A stretch of DNA of 54,407 nucleotides from an uncultured Calothrix sp. (GTDB lineage Bacteria > Cyanobacteriota > Cyanobacteriia > Cyanobacteriales > Nostocaceae). Of the stretch, positions 11,242 to 20,185 are shown one piece after another. Below the pieces are notes generated by a model that saw only the letters and a list, made by a program, of their open reading frames with translations, was not told the DNA's origin and did no database searches. Both the position numbers and the translations under genes were made by a program. Positions within the stretch are counted from its first letter, which is position 1. Each line of letters begins with the position of its first letter. The stretch lies in the NCBI GenBank assembly GCA_937884685.1, contig CAKZYM010001130.1, positions 1-54,407 on the forward strand, given 5' to 3'.

Positions 11242-11451
11242 TTCTCAATTACACCTGATCCAAATTTTTGATATTGCTCTTGTATCGATATTACGATTAT
11301 TCGTTATTTTCTTTCAAAAGCTGCTCAAGGGTTAAAGTGACTAAATTCTGGTTATTCTGTTGACACAACTGATAACAGAATGAGCATTTTTATAGCTATT
11401 TACAGCACTTTTCAGTTAGATTTGGGTACACTTAGTGATGCTAGTGTTTTC

Positions 11452-12201
11452 TTATATTTGTGCTACTGATTTATCAATACTACTCATTGTTGTAAATGGC
11501 CGATCATAAGCGTGCTTGTGAGCAAAGGTAAACATTTCATTCATTGAGTCTGCGAAATCTGCAAAAACTTTTTCTATCAGAGTGAACGCTTTTTCTTTTT
11601 GAGCTTCGGTTAGCTGTATATTTTCGATAAAATTCTCTACTGAATCCATATCTGCTTGAATGTGACCTGTCTCTTTTACGATGTGAGAAGGACCAAAATA
11701 AGGGTAGTGCTGCTTAGTTATCTCTGTAAGTTCTTTTGCTACTTGTGAAGCCTCAAATAAACCAACATTTCCAATTGCTTCTACTGATTCAGCCACAGCA
11801 AGCTTGATTAAAACATCCTCCTCCAAAGTACATATACCAAATAAGTTATAGGCCATTTGACGCACTTTAATAGTTTCCTCACCCCAAAGGAATTTTAAGG
11901 CATCAGTATAATTAATAGGACTATCGTATCCCATTAGCTGCATATCTTTGAGAAACCATGACCAATGCTGTGCATCTTCGCGGGAGTGCTGGTTCATCAT
12001 CTCTTGAATTTTACTATCCGCTGGCTCTTTATAAAGTACGATTCTATTAAAATCTTTAAACATCATTGCAAAAGGAGCAAAAGCTGGTGTCCAAGCTAGC
12101 CTTTGTCTTGGGTCTATACTTTTATCTTGCATAAATTGAATTAATTGAGTTTGAGCAATGTCTTGCTTCTTTTTTTCGATTAAAGCTAAAATTTCCTTCA
12201 T
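11452..12201 (-). CDS. Heme-oxygenase-like diiron oxidase (HDO), AetD nitrile-synthase-like
   Basis: All-helical ~250 aa; H72xxE75D76xxH79W, E138xxE141, H173xxxE177xxH180 mirror the AetD motifs as recalled (HTQEDAKHW, SHVEVETGH); GGAG RBS upstream; 19 bp from the upstream gene. Confidence 0.82.
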   Translation of the reverse strand: MKEILALIEKKKQDIAQTQLIQFMQDKSIDPRQRLAWTPAFAPFAMMFKDFNRIVLYKEPADSKIQEMMNQHSREDAQHWSWFLKDMQLMGYDSPINYTDALKFLWGEETIKVRQMAYNLFGICTLEEDVLIKLAVAESVEAIGNVGLFEASQVAKELTEITKQHYPYFGPSHIVKETGHIQADMDSVENFIENIQLTEAQKEKAFTLIEKVFADFADSMNEMFTFAHKHAYDRPFTTMSSIDKSVAQI

Positions 12202-12220
12202 TTTTAATACTCCAAATAAC

Positions 12221-13303
12221 TTAAAAAAACGGATGAGATTCCAAAGCCAGATAAACCGTTACTCGTCGTTTGTTCTGCTTATCTCGACGAAACGAAATAC
12301 ATGAATGTATTCCAGAGCGCGCATTCAGAGAGCGGTTTGTAACTGCTTTAATCGAACTATCGTAAATAGAGGCTGGAAGATTTTTATTTACGAGATAGTT
12401 ATTAATGCGCTCTCGCATTACACCGTCATTGGTAGCATAAGGTGTAAGTGGAATTTGAATTGTGGCTGTATTTGGGGCACTTGGATTACCTTCAATAAAA
12501 GCAAAACAAGAAATCACAGGTCTTTTAGATAATACTATCGTATCTGCAATAGCCTGACAAAATTCGGTAACATCTCCCGGTACATAATTACGCGCAACGC
12601 TATACATTTTCTCCAGTTCTTCTGCTGTAATATCACGGTGTTGCCAATAGATTTTTACTCTGGCTTCTGGTTTTGCAGACAGGTCTAGAGAAAAGTATTT
12701 AAGTTCATTTTTGCTTGGGTCTTGCTCTTTTAAAACAGCTTCTACAGCTAACCAAGACTCTTTTAATCCAAGACGCTTAAAGGTTTCCTTGATTACATCC
12801 TGTGTTTCATTTTTCCCCTTTGCTTGTGGATTTAAATAGATTTTGAACTCTGATTTTTTGTTGGGTAAAAAGCAAGCTCCATGCCACATTGCAAAATGGG
12901 CAGCTTCGTCTTCAGGAAAAAACAGGTCGCTAACCTGATTTAGTCGAGTTAAACTTGCACCATAATTATCCATCAACCAATAATTAAATTGCATTCCCGC
13001 TCGCCAATTAGATAGCAAACTAAAACCATCTCTTTGGGATTCACATAAAATCCTTAGCTCTGGAGTATCTTTATCGATTGCAACTGAAAACTCAAATGGA
13101 GTATGGTCATCAGCTATCCCAGACAACCATAGTGGTTGCTTGTCAATGACGTTATTTCCCCATGATGAAGTCATCTGCTTGAAGACTTCCATTATCTCCA
13201 AGGTTTTATGCTTCATCCCGCAGATATTGACAAGAGAATATAATTTTTCCGAACCATACTCAAGATATGTAGGTGTTTTTAAATCAGTCTGTTGTGCATA
13301 CAT
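12221..13303 (-). CDS. Tryptophan dimethylallyltransferase (DMATS-type ABBA aromatic prenyltransferase)
   Basis: WLSGIADDHTPFEFSVA (indole-binding Glu motif), ELRILCE, MWHG, FKIYLNP, YFSLDL, RVKIY, RRVTVY: basic/Tyr residues typical of bacterial IptA/SCO7467/PriB-like DMATS. Confidence 0.88.
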   Translation of the reverse strand: MYAQQTDLKTPTYLEYGSEKLYSLVNICGMKHKTLEIMEVFKQMTSSWGNNVIDKQPLWLSGIADDHTPFEFSVAIDKDTPELRILCESQRDGFSLLSNWRAGMQFNYWLMDNYGASLTRLNQVSDLFFPEDEAAHFAMWHGACFLPNKKSEFKIYLNPQAKGKNETQDVIKETFKRLGLKESWLAVEAVLKEQDPSKNELKYFSLDLSAKPEARVKIYWQHRDITAEELEKMYSVARNYVPGDVTEFCQAIADTIVLSKRPVISCFAFIEGNPSAPNTATIQIPLTPYATNDGVMRERINNYLVNKNLPASIYDSSIKAVTNRSLNARSGIHSCISFRRDKQNKRRVTVYLALESHPFF

Positions 13304-14093
13304 AGGTCAGAGTCGAATTGTTCTTGTACTAGTGGTTAAAATGCTTGTATTCCAATGTTTTGCACTAGATATCCAAGATATGGGTACATGTGATTTGAGT
13401 TAAAAAGCATCTTCCGCGTTTTACATCCATGAAAAGTCCCATAGATGAATTGTAAAAAACTTTTCATCGTAAAATAGGGAAGTTAAGTATAATGCTACTC
13501 CCAAGGGTGATAACCGATTGTCAAAAAAATTTTTTAACTCGTGTAAAAAGTGATTAAACAATAAATAATCTGATAAATATTGCTTAGAATCTTATATACG
13601 AATTATGTATTCCCTTTGTGCAAGATTTAAATAAATTAAGGGATATAAAACCTTAATTTCCGTTATTAAAGGAATAAAAAATCTGCATCATTTGGGCTTT
13701 TGTTTTTTTTGATACACTTATTAATATCACATTACAATTTATTTCTTTTGTATCTGGGAACACAAACATTATATTTTTTTAACGTTTATCTGCTTGATAA
13801 TAGAATGATACTTGGATAAGGTCATTGCAGCCGAAATTTAGCTTGTAATCGCCATATTTCAGCGTTTGCAGCATTTTATATAGGATATATACGTGGTAAA
13901 GAGCGAGTAATTACTCACTCATCCAAATTAGGTTTAAGCCATAGCGATTTCATTATTATTAATTTAAACAAAAGATACTGTTTTCTTAATACATTAATAA
14001 AACATTAAAGATGTGGATTTTTAGAAAATTAATCATAAGGAAAAAATATTCTTTATTTAAATTCGTATTCGAGGACAGATATTAATTGAGGCT

Positions 14094-14134
14094 AAAAAAA
14101 GAAACTCGGTTTTTTTCACCGGGTTTCTTTTTTT
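14094..14134 (-). terminator. Bidirectional intrinsic terminator
   Basis: A7-GAAACTCGGT ... ACCGGGTTTC-T7 hairpin just downstream of the hydrolase gene. Confidence 0.65.
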
Positions 14135-14175
14135 CACAAATGACTTAAATGACTTAGAAGTACAAGAATAAATAA

Positions 14176-17100
14176 TTAAACAATTGCAAAATTATCAACA
14201 CTCAAAACATTCGCATCAATTCCTTGTAAAATTCCTAAACTCATTCCATTAACAGCAATTAAACTATTATCTTCCTGCTGAGTAATGCTTATATCTTCAA
14301 ACCCAATCCCCAAGCCAGCAATTCCAATTACGTCTTCACCAATCGTAAAATCAGTAATAGTATTTGTTCCATCGGGAGTTTCAGCAACAGCAATCCAAAA
14401 TTGGTCTGCACCTTCACCACCAGTGACAATATTATTACCACCAGATGTAGTAAAGAAACCGTCGTTTCCTGCTTCACCAAAAACGCGAGAATCTTTTCCT
14501 AAAATTAATACATCATCACCTTGACCACCGTAAATGCGATTATCACCCTTACCACTAGTAGAAGCATCAATTAAATCATCTCCTTTACCAGCGAAAATAA
14601 TTTTATTACTATTTTCTACTTCAATAACATCATTCTCAACAGTTCCAAATACAGTTTCCTGATTTGTCGAAACACCTGTTTCGAGCAATTCAAATGTAAC
14701 TTCTGGATAAGTCGAATTATCACCTGCTAATAAATGACTATCCTCGTTATTCAGATATTTGTCGAAGAAAGCAACTGTATAATCATTAATAATCGTAGTT
14801 GCTCGCTCTGGTTCAATAGGAGCAATAAAATTTTCTAAATCACCTAAATCAACTCCAGCATTTTTTAACTGGTTTAAGAAAATCGGGATGTCGCTAAAAC
14901 TTTGATGATTTGTATCGTCAATTGTGAGTTGATAACCATCATTTTGCATATTTTCAATGAATGATTCTCGTATTTCGTTTAATTCTTTTGATAATGGGTC
15001 TGAAGGAGTACCAACTCCAAATAGGTCACTGTTCATAAACATAAAGGGTTGGCTCAAACTTTCATCAACTCTATTGATTAACAGCGAACCATCTAAATTA
15101 ATTCCAGCTTTGAAACGTTTATCTTGTAATAAGGTTTCAGCAGCAGTAGCACCACCTAATGAATATCCCAGAAAACCGACTCTATCCAAGTCTAATTTTC
15201 GACTCAAAATTCCTTCACCTGCGTTAATTTCTTCTAATTCATCTAATACAAATTGTGCATCTTCTGCTCGAACTCCCACACTTTGTCTAGCAGCTTTTAG
15301 AAAATCCGCTTCATTTTGTACGTTAAATACAGGAGATTGACCTATGATTCTTCCATCGTGAAAAACAGAGAGAGTAGAATCATAGGTATGTTTCATGCTA
15401 ACATCTACTTAACCTTGAGATGCTATTTCCTCTGCACTAATCGTACTGAACTCTGATGGAGTTCCGAAACCGTGAGAAAAGAATAGTACGGGATAATCGG
15501 ATTCAGCATCAGCAACGGGAGCATTGATAATACTGTTGGTAGATATCTGTTCATTTAATTCAATTAATTCTTCCTCAGATAAACCAAAACCCGGTGCTAG
15601 CTCTCGACTTAATTCTTCACTCAAATAGGGAGCGGTTTTTCCTTCAGAGATTTCAGTGGGATACCAAACTTTAACAGTCAACTCTCGGTTGTCGTCGGGG
15701 TCTTCAGTATATATTTCTTCTCTTTCCCAATCTTTGAAATAATAATCAGCAGTTCCTACGGAATATTCACCAGTTGGTTCGGGGAAGGATAATCCAGAAG
15801 AATCATCGTTGACAAAATTATCTTCACTTAGACTATCAGCAGTTACATCTTGCAAAATTGCGATATCAACACCATCGATGGTAATTACAGCATCTTTATC
15901 TTGTTGGGTAATATTAATATCTTCTAAATTTACACCCAAATTAGTAATATCAATCAAATCATCATCAACTTTAAAATCAAAAATTTTATCTGTCCCTTGA
16001 TCCAGTTTGAGGACAAATACATCCTTACCCACACCACCATTGAGACTATCGTTACCCAAACCACCCCTTAGAGTATCATCACCAGCATCACCCCAAAGTC
16101 TGTCATTCCCAGCTTCACCAAAAATCAGGTCATTACCAGCTTCACCAAAAATCAGGTCATTTCCCATTCCACCATAAATAGTGTCATCACCACCAACGCT
16201 TCCACCACCAGAACTATTATTTAAATCCCCTCGTAAAACATCATCACCACCTTGACCGAAAATCAAATCATTACCCAAACCCCCAGCTATAGTATCGTTA
16301 CCTTCTTCACCAGCAAGGGTATTATCTGCTTCGTCACCTACTTTGACATCGCTTTCTTCCGGAACGATTTCACCAAACTTGAGAAATTTTTGAAATTTTT
16401 TCCAATCACCAGCATTATCAGGGTCACTAATAAGTTGAAGTAATTTAACTTGGTCTATAGAATCATCATCAAGTTCTGCTAGTTTACTTTCATCTTCAAG
16501 TAAACCAATCAAATCAGCTTTATTATTAATTACATCAACAACATCAATTAAACCATTAACAAAATTACTGTTAAAAGAATCAATCCATTCTTCAGTGCTA
16601 ATATTATTATTAGGTTCGCCGAATAAAGTATTATTAACAGCCGAAAATATAGAATCGATTGCAGATGGTAAGGAATCAGAAGATTGGTTTGTCAGAATTA
16701 CAACCGTAGTATCGTTCTCGGGGAAATAGCGCATTTTACTAAAGTAGCCAAAAGTCCCACCATCATGTCCCCACATTTCTCCCCAGGGGGTTTGCTCTTC
16801 ATATATACCCAATCCATATTCGTCTCCAACTTCCACCTCACTTTCATCAATGTTTGACCAAGAAAGCATATGATTCAAACTTTCAGGTGTTAATAATTCT
16901 CCACCGAAAAGTGCATTGCTAAAACGGGATACATCCTTAGTATTTGAGACAATTCCACCATCGGCTAAGGTAGAAGCAAGAGATGAAAAAGAATTTTTTG
17001 TTTGTTCAATAACACCATCCGAGCCAAAACTCCCATCTTCTCCGATTAAATCAGCATATCCGTTAACGAATTTATCTTCTGGGATTTCATCTCCAACAAA

Positions 17101-17718
17101 ATAAGTATTTTCTAATTCCAATGGCTCCAAAATTAAACGATTAACTTCATCTTGATAAGAATTACCTGTAGCAGCTTCGATGACCATTCCCAGCAGAAGA
17201 TAATTAGTATTGGAATAATTAAATGATTCCCCAGGAGCAAAATCAGGATTTTCCCCAGCCACGTAATTATTAATTATTGCTTCCCGACTCCAATCAATAT
17301 CAGCACCATTTTGAAAAGCTAGTTCATCTGCTAACCATTTTTGATTTGTATAGTTAGCAATACCGCTAGTATTATTCAACAATTGCTCCACGCTTATATC
17401 CTGAACATCAGGAATATTACGAATAATAGAGTCTGGTAACCATTGGTCTAAAGTATCTTGTAAACTCAGCTTTTCTTCTTCTACTAATTTAAGAAGAGTT
17501 GCTGATGTAAATGTTTTACTAATACTACCTATTTTGAATAATTCATCTGGATTTAATGATTTTTCTGTCTCCAAATTAGAAACTCCACTAGCACCAAACC
17601 AAGTACCCTCGGAATTGATCACAGCGACTGTCGCACCAGCGATTCCAGCACTGTCCACAGCAGTATCTATGGTTGTTTGTAATTGTTGAGCGAGTTCCGA
17701 AGAGATATTGTAATTCAT
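14176..17718 (-). pseudogene. Secreted fusion hydrolase (beta-lactamase/D-Ala-D-Ala-peptidase-family serine hydrolase + RTX + PAF-acetylhydrolase-like alpha/beta hydrolase + RTX), split by one in-frame TAA at 15409-15411
   Basis: SISK, YSN, HDG motifs; GGxGND nonapeptides; FSHGFG...ASQG*VDVSMKHTYD continues in frame into the 406-aa ORF with GYSLGG, NLDG, NHQSFSD. The stop may be a sequence error. Confidence 0.8.
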
Positions 17719-17917
17719 TGTGATAAATTCCTTGTGTTTCGTTATTAATAAATTGGTGCGTGACTGAAAATATTTTGGATTACAAATGGTTTCAAACTCC
17801 TAGTCTCAACTATGGAAATAATCTAAAATCTAAAATCCAAAATTGTTTGACGGTAAAATTAATTATGTTTGTTAGTCTCGATGAGAAATCGTAATCGTCA
17901 CACACCCTACAAATGAT

Positions 17918-18451
17918 TTATTGATTTGTAATCGCTTTTTCACCAGTCATTGATTTCGCGATGTCTAATAATTCCTTTCGAGAAGTAAACTCAGATAATG
18001 CATAAATACCAAACTTTTGATTATCCTGCTCCCAAGCTACAAAGCTAACCTTTCCATCCCCCCGAGTAAAGAAGAAACCACGAATCCCACTATCTAGATT
18101 TACCCGTTGAAGATTATCTCCTTTAGGAGGCCAATGTTCTACAGCTTTATTTGGTACAGCTGCAATAGCACCGATAATACAAGAGTTGGGATTTGGAGAA
18201 GATTCACAGTCAGATTCAATACCGATATTGACTTTCACACCTTTTTCATCTGAAGTCACAAATGGGTATAGAGGAAAATCCGAAGCAGGAATATAGGAAG
18301 GTAAACGCATAGTCAGACCCGATGGTAGTGATGAGCGGATATCACCGATTAAAGGCTTAAATATATCTGCTGATTCCCCATGAACAGAAGGTGTATTAAT
18401 AAAAAAGCTGGTAGATAATACTAAAAAACTGAGCAAGAAATTACTTTTCAT
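17918..18451 (-). CDS. Hypothetical exported protein
   Basis: 177 aa, Sec-type signal peptide (MKSNFLLSFLVLSTSFF...VHG), Cys pair, AAGGA RBS. Confidence 0.7.
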   Translation of the reverse strand: MKSNFLLSFLVLSTSFFINTPSVHGESADIFKPLIGDIRSSLPSGLTMRLPSYIPASDFPLYPFVTSDEKGVKVNIGIESDCESSPNPNSCIIGAIAAVPNKAVEHWPPKGDNLQRVNLDSGIRGFFFTRGDGKVSFVAWEQDNQKFGIYALSEFTSRKELLDIAKSMTGEKAITNQ

Positions 18452-18530
18452 TTTTCCTTATCTGAAAGCTGTCTCTAGTAAGTTAACCTTAGATATTGGT
18501 GTTTCAATATTGTCTATGGTCATCCATATT

Positions 18531-18546
18531 TATGACTAAAGTCATA
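18531..18546. promoter_or_regulatory. Perfect 7-2-7 palindrome, candidate transcription-factor operator
   Basis: TATGACT-aa-AGTCATA, 80 bp upstream of the 18451 start. Confidence 0.45.
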
Positions 18547-20185
18547 GCAATAATTTTCAGCTATTAAATATAAAGCACTAGCAAAACAAAATTTTTATAG
18601 CATACCAAAGTACAAATAAAAAATCATACTTTTAAACCATCTCACATCTGACGGACTGAATATCACCGGAACTATTGACATGATGGGTAGAAACATTAAC
18701 ATTATTGAAAGCTTTTAACTCAATCTATAAACTAAAACAAATATTGATAAGTACTCTTAATTACCGATTTATAGCTTTGATTACGTTTAATTCAAGACTT
18801 TGCTTCTAATCTTTATGCTCTTTATTAGTTTAAGTCTAAATACGTAAATATCCATAATTAATATTATTAAGTAAAATCATCAGAGTATTACAAAAAGTTC
18901 TTTCATCAAAGAAATCAGCCCTCTAGCTGCTACAAACTTATTTGTCGGCTTCATCACATTCTGTGATAGTCTGGCAGATGTTGGTAACTTACATATTTTG
19001 ATATAGGAATCCTAATTGAATCTTGCTAGGTATACTGAAAATCAAACCTTCATACAGCAAGCTGTGAACCAAATTATTTTTTTAAAAAATTAAATAGGAG
19101 TCCTATAGTTCCTCAACTGGTTGCTTTCAAGTAAACAGTAGCAACCCAGTATTTAGCTTTAGAAATGTGAGCGAATATTTTAATGAATTTTTTATAGGTA
19201 ATAAAATAGAAGTAGATTCAGTAAATGATACCAGCTTGAGTTTGGCAAATGAATTTTATAAGGGTTCAGCATCAAACAAGCTTAAAAACTGGGAAAAATT
19301 GTATTTATCCTACATCTCTGCTGCTACAACAAATAATGTCAGCTTCCATCAAATAGAATTAGTGGATATTACATTCCAGCTAGAAGGTTTAGATTTAATA
19401 ATTAATCAGGAACTTGACTTAACTATTTACTCCGTAAAATCCTGCTTAAGTTCAAGGTTGAATAGCCATATAAAAAAGTACTCGGTATTTTATTTTACTA
19501 GTGCTTTTTTAACAAAAGTTAATTATATAAATGCTAAAAAACCTTCTGATGTACTAACTGATATAAAGATATAGCACTATACAATTTTATACTAAAAATT
19601 ATCGTAAAGACTTCACGTGAATTTAATCCATTAATATATGATTTATTGTCGTATGGAATACTCTTTATTCCCCTAAATCTTATAAAAATATTGAGACAAA
19701 AGTAACCACAATAGCTAGATTATCTAGCAGAAAAATCTTATATTTAAAAGCAATAAATACAAGTTCATAATTAATATTAGATAGAGTTTATTCCCTTAAG
19801 TAATTGTAGGACAAGTAAAACCTATCCTACAAATAAAAAGCCCTCATAAAAATTAACACTATACTGTAAAAGTCTCTCACAGTCTGCAATTAATCTATCA
19901 GGATTTTAACTAAACAAATCAAATAAGTATGTTTACCACAAAACAAAAGATGAATGTTTATAGTAAATATGATAATTGATGAATCATACAAATCTTCGAT
20001 AAAAGAATAATTTACTTGTGATTGATTAAAAGCAAACAGTAAATATGCTGAAAATAAATCTTGCTTATCAGATACTCTCTCAGCATATTTTGATGTTAAA
20101 AAATTCTTTTTTTAGCAATTTAAATTCAAATTTGAGTAATTTTAGGGTCATCTGCTGCAACTAATCTTTTTTGGAGTAGATACTA

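Noticed and set aside
13140-13403. 87-aa plus-strand ORF as a possible precursor peptide for the prenyltransferase
   Set aside because: Antisense overlap with the DMATS start; no leader/core structure; the enzyme is of the free-Trp type
13750-13763. GTA-N8-CAC NtcA-like site upstream of the DMATS
   Set aside because: One mismatch and no correctly spaced -10 box; likely by chance in AT-rich DNA
19167-19574. 135-aa GTG ORF
   Set aside because: No RBS or motif, composition like intergenic DNA; cannot support it as a gene, though not excluded
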